DNA of 64,000 bases from Macrostomum lignano (taxonomy: Eukaryota), in assembly GCA_002269645.1 (NCBI GenBank), contig NIVC01001708.1, positions 124,001-188,000 of the forward strand. Reading direction: 5' to 3'. The position numbers were made by a program, and so were the translations under genes. The notes under the pieces are model-generated. The model was given only the letters and a program-made list of their open reading frames with translations, was not told the origin of the DNA and did not search any database. Below, piece after piece: positions 1 to 12,081 of the stretch (its first letter is position 1; every line of letters starts with the position of its first letter).

Positions 1-1153
1 AGTCGGGATTTGGTGTCGCTGCCTCAGGGACGCCTTGTTAACGTCTCGCAGATCCTGGATGATCCTCAAGGTCTTCCCGTCCTCTTTCGGTACCACGACG
101 ATGCGACTGACCCATGGCGTGGGGCATTCTACTGGCTGGATGATCTGCATGCGCTCTTGCTCGTCCAGCTCGCGGTCCAGCGCCTCCCTGAGATGTACTG
201 GTATATTCGAGAGGGCGGATGACAGACGGGCCTAGCGTCGGGCTTGATACGAGCTCGTACCAATCTGAACTAAAACGCCCTTGACCTTGCCGAGGCCTTT
301 GAAGAGCTCCGGAAATCGCTTGGCCAGCGCCAGGGTCTCTGCGTTCTCCGTCTCGGCTGCTGCGATCGCGCGAACCTGAGGCCCCAATCTCAGAAGGCGG
401 AGTGAGGTCGATGTCTCTCGTCCCAGGATGTTGACGCCGTCGCCGGGGACGACCATGAAGCGAACCTCCTGGCTGTCCTGGCCGGTTGTCACCTGCAGGC
501 TGCAGGCTCCCAGGATGCTGAGCGGTTCTGAAGAGCGGAAGGCGAATACCTTTGTGCGAGTTGTCTGCAGCGGCGGGGGTCGCGGAAGTTTCCACCAGGC
601 TCTCTCTGTCAAGATATTGCAATCAGCCCCGCTGTCGACCAGGACTTCCAGCTGCGTTGAGTCGACGAGCACTGTTGTGCGGGCGCCGGCTGTAGCCGTC
701 ATGGTGGCCGCCACGGTCAGACAGAAGATGCTGTCCTCCGGCTCTGAGTTGTTGCTGTCGGCCTGCAGGGCACGGACGGCTTCCAACGGCCGGGAGAGAC
801 AGGCCCTCGCCAGGTGAGTTCGCTTGCCGCAGCGCTCGCACGTCTTACCTCTGGCTGCGTTGCATTTGCGATGGCCCGGGACTCCGCATCTGATGCACGT
901 GGCTTGCTTACCTGGCTGGTCCCTTGACTAGGCGCTCTGCCGATGAGGCCGCTGCACCAGTGTCTCGAAGCCAAAGTCGCTGTACCGCCGCCTCGTTAGA
1001 TTCCATGTGGCTTGCCTGAGTCTCTGCTGTCTCCATGGCTCTGGCCACCCGAAGCGCCTGCTCCAGGTCGACATTTTCGATCGCTAGCAGCTTGCGGCGA
1101 AGCTGCTCTGAACTGCAGCCGGTGATTTTGGTGGTGGTATCTTCTGATTCCAT
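1..1153 (-). mobile_element. Decayed Ty3/Gypsy LTR retrotransposon gag-protease-RT fragment (continues beyond the left window edge)
   Basis: Minus-strand translation gives, in order: gag-like GCSSEQLRRKLLAIENVDLEQALRVARAME (908-1153); zinc knuckles CIRCGVPGH..C and CERCGKRTHLARAC (~800-900, different frame, so frameshifted); aspartic protease VDSGADCNIL (ORF 232-786); RT N-terminus EALDRELDEQERMQIIQPVECPTPWVSRIVVVPKEDGKTLRIIQDLRDVNKA (1-190). The frames are interrupted. Confidence 0.85.
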
Positions 1154-1607
1154 TTGACACGTTGTTCAGTTCAGTGAATAATGTAGCGTTCCAGTGCGAA
1201 CTTAACCATTTGTCCGAAACGTCCGGCTCCGATGTTCGCTCTTTGGGCATTCCATGTCTCAATTTTTACTTTCTCCTCTTGCCATTTCCTTCTTGCTGTT
1301 ATAAGTCTCGTTTTTGTTCTTGCTTTTCGTTTTTCATTGCCTTTCCTCTTCCTTCTTTCTGATCTGGCTTTCTTCTGGGTTTCGCTCCTTGGTCCGGGGT
1401 TCTTTTCTTCAGGCAGCTTCAGGTTGATGGCGTTTTTATTGCTCTTTTTCTCTCTTTTTTGGTTTTTTTATGGCTCTTCTTTCCTCTTTTAATCCTCACT
1501 GACATCTTTCACCATATTTTGTTTTTAGAGGTGCACAAGTTGGTTACTTCCTGTCTTGGATCTTGTCACTTAAGCCAAGTCCCCAGGCCTCTCTACCCCC
1601 CTATCTC

Positions 1608-1630
1608 TATCATCATCATCATCATCATTT

Positions 1631-1661
<31 letters not shown>

Positions 1662-1682
1662 CATCACCATCACCATCATCAC

Positions 1683-1714
<32 letters not shown>

Positions 1715-1768
1715 CCATCACCATCATCACCATCATCATCATCATCATCATCATCATCATAATCATCG
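1608..1768. repeat. (CAT/CAC)n trinucleotide microsatellite
   Basis: Read directly; it produces the spurious poly-His/Ile/Asp/Met ORFs. Confidence 0.95.
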
Positions 1769-3831
1769 TACCATTGATCATCAAGGACACTCACTAATAT
1801 AGAAAACACCTGTAAATTTTATGTTAATTGAAAACCGCATTGGATTTGATTACTGGGCACAGAAGCTATTATTATAGCTCTCGAGAATCTGCACAAATTG
1901 CTTTAACCAAGAGACAGTATGTGTTCCTGGCGTAATCCTGTCCCGATGTTGCTAATGATCTTCATCTGTCTGTGTGCAGTTTATTTTTGCCGTCAGTAAG
2001 GTCTTTTTGGTCAATAGAAATCGTCAAGTACGCGGACTTCATGCTTAAATTTCATTGCACAATACAGTCTCGACAGCGAATTCCACATATTACTCGTACG
2101 CAGGTATACTAATCCACTAAAAATTGCTAGCTCAGTACGTGGCATCAAAAAAATAAATAAAAAGTATTATTTATTACAATAAATCGCCAGATATCGTAGC
2201 GATTATTTTTAAAGGTTCCGGAAAGAATCGCTTTAAATTTCTGCATAATAGCTCTAAGCTAATATCAATAAATTATTTGTTTAATTGTTCATAGATCCAT
2301 TTCGCAATTTTCGCTGTAACTGGGGCAAACTTTCTGCAGCAATAAAATCTGCTTTAATAAGATAAGCGTACTGTGCAACGTTGCGGAATGTAATTTAAAC
2401 TTTAGATAGAGAATTTTTTAGAAATTTTCTGCAAATCCCGAGATGCCGGGATTTGGCATTCGTACGCTCGCAATAGAGTCTTGATTAATGCTATTTCATT
2501 ATTTATTGTCCGTATTCACCTCTATTTGAGCCTGTTCATCCTTATTTAACTTTATGAGCGTATTTAATATAACTCTTCAACAATGCTTCACAGGTAACGG
2601 ATGTACTGGACTACAAAATTAGCTAGGCATACACAATTTACAATTATACTAGACTAGACCTAAATCTGATTAGTGACATTCTTATATGGCTTAGGACTAC
2701 ATGTAGTACGTAGTTTACTAGGCCTATACTTAATCAAGGTATCATATACAATAGGCCCTACTTTTAGTACGAGTAGAAGAATTATGCACTGGATCCAACA
2801 CTACACTACGTGTGTTAGCTGTGTGCTGTGAACGGTAAACACTCCATGCTTGAATTGATTGACTGAAATGGTATTTGCTTTGAATTTTGCTTTTGCAACA
2901 ATAAAAGAAAAAAAATGGAAAAGAGTGCACGACTGTCAGTTAATTATATTCTAATTTATTAATTTGATACTTTTAAGGTGTCACTAACATTGTGCATGGT
3001 CAAGAAATGAGAATGTTAAAGAAAATTATAATTGTACTTTAATAGATCATTTAATAAGGGTAATTTAAAAATTTCTGCTTTACAACTGACAGACAACAAG
3101 TTGTGACGGGTTCATTCCCCGTCTCTTTAAAATTGTTTCGTTCTTCTATACTTTCTTGGTATTGCTCTTAGTATTTATAGTATTTAGTATTTATAGTATT
3201 TATAGCCACCGTTATTCCACCGTTATTTCCACTTTCAAAAAACTAAATCGTTTTAAAACACCTATGGTATTTGTGAATCGTGGTATCTTGGCAAGCGGAC
3301 GAGGTCAGTATAACAATTACGGTTGTTGGTCTCCTCCTTAACAAAGTTTGCGCGCGTCAGCTGTTTAGATTATCGGGATCTTACGGTCAACGATTTTGGT
3401 TTCATAAACATGCATTGGTCCAATTACTCGTGTTAAAAATAACTCAATTTTATGTCTATAGTTGAGACACCATATGAAATCAATCCGGCCTTTAGACTAC
3501 AGACCACAATTTTAGGATCTGTGTTTTAGACAGACGTACTTGCTTTAAAGACGGCCTCTGCGTTCTTCTTGGACTTTAATACACAGCTTTAATAAAGCAA
3601 CAAGTGTCACAGCGATTTGTCAAAAACGCAAGACAAGAGGAAGTAGCTCATATTTTCACACAGAAGCATCCAGCTTAAGCATGAAATAGGCCCCTGCTGT
3701 GTATTTTAGCTGTTTTGGGGCGAATAAAAAAGGGAGGGGCCTGCAGGTTTTGAAATATATCTGCATTAGTAACTGCAGTTTAACCGATGAAAACGGTACA
3801 AAGGCCAAGAAGCGTACCAGTGTCATTTTGC

Positions 3832-4000
3832 GTCGCTCCAGAGTCGCTCCAGAGTCGTTTCAGAGTCGTTGCGGATGACAAAAGGTAAAATTGGAAAATA
3901 GGACTCTAATACAACTTTAATAACGACGAGATGTCGCAGTACAAGTCGGGAAAAAGTCCTCAAAGAGTCGCTGTTTTATTGTCTGCGACTCTGAAACGAC
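3832..4000. repeat. Short inverted-repeat element (MITE-like) with 11-bp tandem subunits
   Basis: GTCGTTTCAGAGTCG at 3854-3868 and its exact reverse complement at 3986-4000; tandem GTCGCTCCAGA copies at 3832-3853. No TSD identified. Confidence 0.4.
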
Positions 4001-7000
4001 GGAGTTGACTGAGGGTAATTGTCTACGCGGGTTCTATGCAAGAACACCCTATTCGACATGATGAAGGACGTACTTCGGCTGTCCGGAAAGTCGTGAGAAT
4101 GTGTCAATTAAGCAAGAAAGCAGCAAGCTGTTGACGTGGCACACAGAAATTTTCAATAATAGACTCATATATGTCTATGGTGAAAAATCTTGTTATTCTA
4201 GTAGCAAAATTGGGGGCAGGGGCGAGCTCAGTATAAGTGCTCAATAGCGTGAAATTGTTGTTATCAGCTTCACGGAAATGGGCCATGGGCTATAGTTGAT
4301 CAAAGCGATAACAGTTAAGTCTATCATGAATAGGTCTACCTGGTTGCTCGTCGGCGCGTTGCGATCGTTTGCACGCTTGTTGTCTTTTAGGAGCTCGCTT
4401 TGCAAGTGTTTAAAAGCCAACTGCACCCAGGAAAGTGATACATTTCCCCTCACGATCTGTAATAAAAAGGATTGTACAAGTGTATCACACGTCCAGCGGC
4501 TTCTCAGCCACGCAGCCTTTCGACCGGCCTGTCAACGACTTTGTGAGCAGGTCGTGAGCAGGTGTGAGCACGTTGTACGTCAGAGCCTACCTCCAGTACA
4601 ACGGTTCAAGACGGTGCGCGTAATGTCGCAATTTGGTTTGTGTGCGCTCCACTTCATCTAATGGCGCGACGTTGGCAGCCAGAAGAAAGACGACGACAGA
4701 AAGTTAAAATACTGGGCGTACGTCACACGTGGAACGTCGGGGAGCACCATTGGACCGTTACAATTAAGCAACCAGGCTTCAGCTCTTGGCCCCCAATGTG
4801 ATGACCAAGGTCACACAAGCCCCCCATGGCGGTCTCTGTACCGCGCCCCTCGGATGCGGATCGAAACATTCAGAGCGTCGACTAGGTGAAAAGATCCTCG
4901 TTAATCCGGGTTGACTGCATTTTATCGGCGGTGTGGTTTTCCTAGTATTGCAAATAAATCGGGTACGACTAAACGACAGCACACAGTCACGAACCTGCAC
5001 TCCAACCCGGCTTGGGTGAGCCGAACAGTTACATGCAAGGACCACTGGAATGTTAGTCTCTAGTCCTTGGCAGCTGCGTGGGTGCGCCCCCACTTGACAG
5101 GGCCCTTGCATAACTGGTGCAGTATATACAGTGGGATCGCTATAAAAATATGGGGATCTTTTACTAGAGCTCAACAACGAAATCAAACCTAACAACTTCA
5201 GCTGGGAACTTATTCTACTAATACCAAAGTAGTAGAATTGCCGCGCTGGCTTCACACCGAATGTTGTCGTCTTTCCAATATGCGCCTACACGCGCAAGGT
5301 GTTACTTTTATATAGTGGCACTCAAGACACAGCATCTGAGGCTGCTGGCTACATGTACATGTATAGGTTCTGCTGATTTAACATTTGTCGCACCCGTGGA
5401 CACCGCATTAAAGCACTTGACACCATAAATAACTTTGGCGCGTCCATCATGAATACGACTAGATGAAATCTGGCAACACCGGGCCTGAGTCGCATTCTCT
5501 TCTGCATGCAACTTCGTCCAGACTCTACTTATTCAGCTGCTACACTACTAGTGGAAGATACACGCTGCATAGTTCAGTTTCTGCATGTCTACCCAAACCA
5601 TGCAGCAGACGCACGTCTCAGCAAGCCGTTTTAGATTTTAGGCGGTCCAGTAGTTCCACCACGGATAGCAGACGCTGCAGGACCTAGGACACACAGATTT
5701 CCCTGACGGAATGGCGGAATGCCTGTTGCGAATGAAAATAAGCATTGAATTGCCCGATTGCAATTAAACTTTATCAGATTTTTTTAACCATTCAGAACCC
5801 CAGCTCAAAACTTCCACAAAGAATTGTCATCTTACTAACTGGAAACCCCTCACTGCAAATAACGTAGCTCAAGTCCTGTGGGGAGTCGAGAATGATGGCC
5901 GGGGCGACTAATTTATAGTATCCTTAAGGACCACTAGGAACACTTCGTCTAGTAGTCCTTGAGTATCATTCAGAAGAGCCAAGTCCAGAACACCTGGCTC
6001 CCACTTCTGATCTCCCTGGGAACACTACTTTCTGCAACAAAAAATCGCTTTAATTTTTTCGTTTTCAGTGTTATTGACAACAGTCGCTTTTCTCCCTATA
6101 GCTCGCTTATAGTTAGAATTTCCGTCTAGAGTAAACAAAATTTATATGGTTGAAGAAAGTTCGCAAGGTAAAACGAACCAATCTCATTTTCTCGCGCAAG
6201 TTTGATTTTTTTAATTCGTTTTCTTTGAAACTTCAAAACAGTATAATAGAGGAATTTTAATCACCATATTACCATTTAATAAGCCTAATTAATGCTTCGC
6301 CAACCTCTGCCTTAAGCAACACCAATGATGTTTCTCTAATGCTTCCATTATGATTAATAATATCAAAAGTTAGTTCTTTTTTGTTTCCAAACAAGCCAGT
6401 GGCGGATGTGGATCTAGGAATTTTAAACTAAAGTAGGGGGCAGATTGGCCCAATTTCTTGGGTTGGGTTGGGCTAAATAAGCCCAAATCAGATCAGCTCA
6501 AAACTAAGCCCTAAAATATCCCTCTTATATGCAAGTCCAGCCACGACAAAAAAGGGCCTATGATGGGCCTAGCACTTTCCAAGTCCTCAGTATAGGCCTA
6601 TGAGTGATAGGCAATTTTAGCATAGGCCTAATCCTAGTTTCCCACATTCTGACAGGTTCTCTCACTTTGCTTTGCTAAGAGAACGAGTTGCAATTGCAAC
6701 TTGCAGGACAAGATTAGGTTAGGCCAACCCCCTGCTGCTGATGAGGGGTAATAGCTAAGTAATAGCTACCTTACCTAAATCAAATGTAGGCCTAATCTAT
6801 TATACTAGGCCTAAAATAAATGCTAATGAAGAATTATTGAATTACTAAGCATTGATAATAGAAATAAAGGCACAACTCAATCTAAAAGCAAACTTTAACA
6901 TTAAATAAATTTAATTGAATGATGCATTTTGCATAATACTGTGCATCTTTAGGTTTAGGCCTATTTTTGAGCAAAAGAAACGAGTGGCCTAAGATTGGCA

Positions 7001-8734
7001 GTAAATAAATACAAAATTTTAGGGTATAAATTCAATAAATATTTAAAGTACATGTTTGTTGGTCCAAAAGACAAGAGGCAAAATCCAGGGATGGAATGAT
7101 AGGCCTAGCGATATAGTTAGAAGTAAATAATGTACATCTAGTACCTCTTCCCTTAGAACACACGGAAAACATGTGACCCTACATTATTGTATTGGAGTTG
7201 AGTGTTCAAGTTGGGGGAATGCACTTTAATGTACAGTGCTTCAAGTATCTGCAGTTTGGAGTCAAATGAACATTGATCAATAACTTGATTTAGGCTAATG
7301 TTGATTTTTGCTTTCTTATAATCCTATTGATCTTACTTGCTAAGCGAGCAACTTTAACTAAAAGCCAACTTTATGTCTTACTTTATATATAGTTTCTTAG
7401 ATAGAATAGGCCTATAGATATCTTATTAAGTTAGGCTATTTTGATATGGTTATTAATTTTCTTGAATTCTTAGGCTTTGATACTTGTGCATATTACTTAA
7501 ACAAAAATAATCAACATATTAACAAGGAAGGTTAAATATTCACAAATTTAGGTTGTTTTTTGTAGTCTATTTATAAAATTTTGCTTTGGGTTTTTAATGA
7601 GTTAGGCCTAGTATAATTTTATTATGTTTATAATTTTTTCATGAAGATATATAAATATAATTGTTTATTATAATAAAATTATATTAATTTACAATTCCAA
7701 AAAATACTACAAAATAGTTTTACCAAATCTAAATACTTTTGAAAAATTGTCTTGTAAATAATTTTATTAGACAACAATAAAATTCTTTAAAAATATAAAA
7801 TTAAAAAGATGCTAGAACTAGACTTTTTTGAAATTTTGATTTCCAATTTTTTTTTAAATTGTAATCTGCACTTAGAAACTCCAAAAACTGTTTTGAAACA
7901 TTTCTAATGCTTATTGATAATAATATCTAAATATACTAAAAATGGTTTGTTGGTATCTAATTTTTTCTATTTTTTGTTTGTATATAAGAAATTTATGATT
8001 TTACCTTTTGGTTTTAAATTTAAGAAATATAGCACAAATCTACAAAACTATATTTTTTATAATTTATTTTCTAAAATTAAATGATCTGACTTTATGGTCT
8101 AAAAGTAAACGGGCTCTTGTTTTATAATGATATAAAGATTTTATATTGTTTAAATATTTTGCTTATTTTGTACTAATTATAACTATTTTTATTAAGAGAA
8201 ACATAATATATTTTCCTAACCAAACTAATGATTTAAATCTACTAAAACACAAGTTGTTAACTTTGCTCCAAAACTTTTAATTATCACCTTAATCATACAT
8301 ATGCCATATCCCTGATTTATACTAGCCATAGGACTTACTTTTTGACCAAAAATGCAACTTGTCTATGAAAGAAACCCTATTGCAAAAAAATAACTCAATT
8401 TTGAGTAAATAGAAGGTGTAACTGTGACTGGCTTATTAAGGCTAAATGCCTTGCCATCTAATTATTACTATGTTTATTCTTTTAGGTAGGAATTTTTGTG
8501 ACTTACCCCTAGTCCACCACAATTTATAGTGGCTAGATTGGCCAGGTTGCGCACATATGACCTTAATAGTATATAAGTCATATTTCATTGGTTTCCAAAT
8601 TATTTATTGAATAATGAATTTTAATAACATGAGGCCTATATAATAAAAGGTTTCCTAAGTAGCAGAAATTCTATAGTATTGAAATAAGTTAAAACTAGAT
8701 ATTAATCTATAGTCTTAGTATTGTATTAATCTCT

Positions 8735-8880
8735 TATTAGAGATCTCATTATCTAGGTAATAATCCCTAATTAGAGATCTCATTATCTAGGTAATAATCC
8801 CTAATTAGAGATCTCATTTTCTCTAAAACATTTATTTTCTGGGATAGTAAAGATCCCATTATCTAGGTATTATTCCTAAT
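8735..8880. repeat. Short ~33-bp tandem repeat (TTAGAGATCTCATTATCTAGGTAATAATCCCTA) upstream of PLD6
   Basis: Two full copies plus degenerate copies, read directly. Confidence 0.8.
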
Positions 8881-8946
8881 TAGGTATCCAATGTGATCTC
8901 AGTGCTATAAAGCAACATAATTTAAAAATATACTCTACAACACTTT

Positions 8947-10795
8947 ATGAGTCTCTCAGTTGCACAGCGCTATCTCCTACTGGCTGGCGCGGGGCTGGCC
9001 TGCCTAGCCGCCGGTCCTCTGCTCGAACGCCTACTCAAATTTCTTATCAATCGTCGCCAAAGCCGCGGCCGTTGCCGTCGCCAATTTGATTGCATCTTCT
9101 TTTCTGGCGGCAGCTTGCTTCCGCCGTGCCAAGCCGCTAGCCAGGCCTTGGCCGCCGCTGCCTCCTCGTCCAACGATCCAGCCGTGTTTTGTCCGGACCC
9201 GTCCGACTGCAGACTGAGCCACAGCAGCCAGCATCCGTACTTCCAGCTGATTAGGCAGCTGGCTTCGGCCGTCCGCAGTCTGGACTTGTGTATGTACACT
9301 TTGAGTAGCCCAGACTTATCTGCTCTGTTGCTGGCGCTCAGTCAGCGAAAACCGAGGCCTGTGCGGGTGAGTAGCTGTGTGCAAGCATGTGGCTGTGGTG
9401 TCACGGCCATAGAAGCTTCATTTTCTATGTACACTCGGCCATAGAAACTTTATTTTCTATGTACACCCGGCCATAGAAACTTCATTCTCTATGTACACCC
9501 GGCCATAGAAGCTTCATTTTCTATGTACACTCGGCCATAGAAGCTTCAGTTTCTATGTACACTCGGCCATAGAAGCTTCATTTTCTGTGTACACCCGGCC
9601 ATAGAAGCTTCACCACCTATGTACACCCGGCCATAGAAGCTTCACCACCTATGTACACCCGGTCATAGAAGCTTTATTCTCTATGTACACCCGGCCATAG
9701 AAGCTTCACCACCTATGTACACCCGGCCATAGAAGCTTTATTCTCTATGTACACCCGGCCATAGAAGCTTCACCACCTATGTACACCCGGCCATAGAAGC
9801 TTCATTTTCTATGTACACTCGGCCATAGAAGCTTCATTTTCTATCTACACCCGGCCATAGAAGCTTCATTTTCTATGTACACTCGGCCATAGAAGCTTCA
9901 TTTTCTATGTACACCGGCACCCGGCCATAGAAGCTTCATTTTCTGTGTACACCCGGCCATAGAAGCTTCATTTTCTATGTACACTCGGCCATAGAAGCTT
10001 CATTTTCTATGTACACTCGGCCATAGAAGCTTCATTTTCTATCTACACTCGGCCATAGAAGCTTCATTTTCTATCTACACCCGGCCATAGAAGCTTCATT
10101 TTCTATGTACACTCGGCCATAGAAGCTTCATTTTCTATGTACACTCGGCCATAGAAGCTTCATTTTCTATGTACACCCGGCACCCGGCCATAGAAGCTTC
10201 ATTTTCTGTGTACACCCGGCCATAGAAGCTTCATTTTCTATCTACACTCGGCCATAGAAGCTTCATTTTCTATGTACACTCGGCCATAGAAGCTTCATTT
10301 TCTATGTACACTCGGCCATAGAAACTTCATTTTCTATGTACACTCGGCCATAGAAGCTTCATTTTCTATGTACACTCGGCCATAGAAACTTCATTCTCTA
10401 TGTACATTCGGCCATAGAAGCTCGACCATAGAAGCCAACCAATCCTTATCAGGTTTACATTGTGTACACTGGACCAAAAACCAATGAATGCACCGCAGGT
10501 TCGCGTCATATGCGACTCGGAGCAGCTGCACTCTCTTGGCAGCGCCATAGCCAAGCTGCGTTCGGCCGGCTTGCCGATTCGGGCGGATTCAACTTCCTAT
10601 TTTATGCATCACAAGTTCTGCGTGATTGATCGCTCCTTAGTGCTGACAGGCAGTCTGAACTGGACTGGCCAGGGCACCCTGGGCAATTGGGAGAATGTTG
10701 TGGCGCTAGACGATGTCAAAGTTGTCGAAGCTTTTCGACGAGAATTCGAGCGGCTGTGGCAGGAATTCTCGCCTGCCAGTCGATCGGCTCGATGA
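8947..10795 (+). CDS. PLD6: Phospholipase D6 / Zucchini (mitochondrial cardiolipin hydrolase family), 2 exons
   Basis: Exons 8947-9366 and 10499-10795 (phase-0 GTGAGT...CAG intron). N-terminal hydrophobic anchor, Cys/His cluster C..CPDPSDCRLSH, SLDLCMYTLS, single HKD motif HHKFCVID followed by TGSLNWT and NWENVV. Confidence 0.9.
9404..10425. repeat. 32-bp minisatellite (CGGCCATAGAAGCTTCATTTTCTATGTACACT) filling the PLD6 intron
   Basis: About 30 tandem copies; each unit contains the inverted arms CATAGAA/TTCTATG. Confidence 0.95.
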
Positions 10796-12081
10796 ATGTT
10801 TTAAAGAAAATCGATTGAGTCTTCTTTGATCAACAGAAATATTAATGCATTTTATGGCTTTTTTAATTTAGTTCGTAACAATTTGTTATAATAAATTTTA
10901 ATCAAGGTAAACACATTCAGATGCTCCTATTTTGGTGCGAATTTGTTAATTGCCTACCATCAATGGTTTGCATTTGTGTGCTGGTAAATAAAGTTCAATT
11001 GGTTAGTTGTATTTTTGTACTGGAGTCTTCCAAAATTTATCATTTTTAATCGAAATGCATTAGAATTGTCAGGTTTAAAGTCTCAAAGACGAAGCAGAAC
11101 TTCGTTTACTTGTATAGAAACTCCCAAACTCCTTGGCTATCCCTACTAGTACTACTAACATTTCCCGACCCTGTATTACTACTAGTAGGGTAAAAGTATG
11201 AATACTTAGCTATCTGCCCTATCACACAGTCTTTTTTATCGGCTAAGTTGATGCCTTATGCCACTCTAACAAACTCGGAGTTTTGAGCTCTGCCCTCCCT
11301 GCCCGGTCCATCCTGCTCTGTCCTTGGTCCACCTGCTGGCTCCTCTGGTTGTCTCTCTGCCCTTGTGTCTCGGCTCTCATCCTGACAGTGGATGTTCGTC
11401 CCGAATCGGGGATACCGGCTGAGTCCGGGTCCTCTTGCTCCTTGTGCCCCTTCCCGACCCCTTGGCCTGGCCTCCAATACAGAGCTCTGGATAGGTGACA
11501 CCCTTGTGGCTTGCAGCCCTATAGGATTTTGCAGTTGGCCTGATAGGAGACTCGCCCTCGGAAACAAGCCTTCCAGACTCGCTCCAAAACTAAGCCATTT
11601 CCGAGACTCTGGGTTTCCCCGCTCTCAGACCGCTTATCAGTAGTATCCCAAACATTTTTCAATTCTAATATTCTTTTTTCGCGCACTCCCTGATTCCACT
11701 TTTGGGTTGGCGGTGCCTTAGTCCATAGGCTTGGGCTAGTCGTAGCAACTAACAACTCCCTCTGGCCCAGACGTCAGGGTCTTAACTTCTCGGGGTATCT
11801 CGGGCTACATGCCCCCGGTAGTGCCCCTCTTTGGCAGAGCCCCTCCCAGGGCTGATCCGCGGGTAGCCCCCGGCTTCCCACCCCCGTTTAACAACAACAT
11901 CACACAATCTAAAAGATACGCAAACGAAAATTAAAATTGTTTATTTTTAGTAAAGATGCGTAGGATACATCCTGAGCTACTCAAGTCAGTAGTATTTAAC
12001 TGATTAATCTATTTCTCGCCAATCTAATCTATCTGTTGGAATTATATTTATGTAAATTGCACTAATAAAATACAGCTGGCA

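Noticed and set aside
4104-5687. Short ORFs and exon-like segments between the Gypsy fragment and PLD6
   Set aside because: No recognisable motif, and the candidate splice phases did not join consistently.
11790-11890. HDV-like or hammerhead ribozyme
   Set aside because: A P1-like GGGCTAC/GTAGCCC helix is present, but I could not fit P3/L3, P1.1 and J4/2 on either strand, and there is no CUGAUGA/GAAA core.
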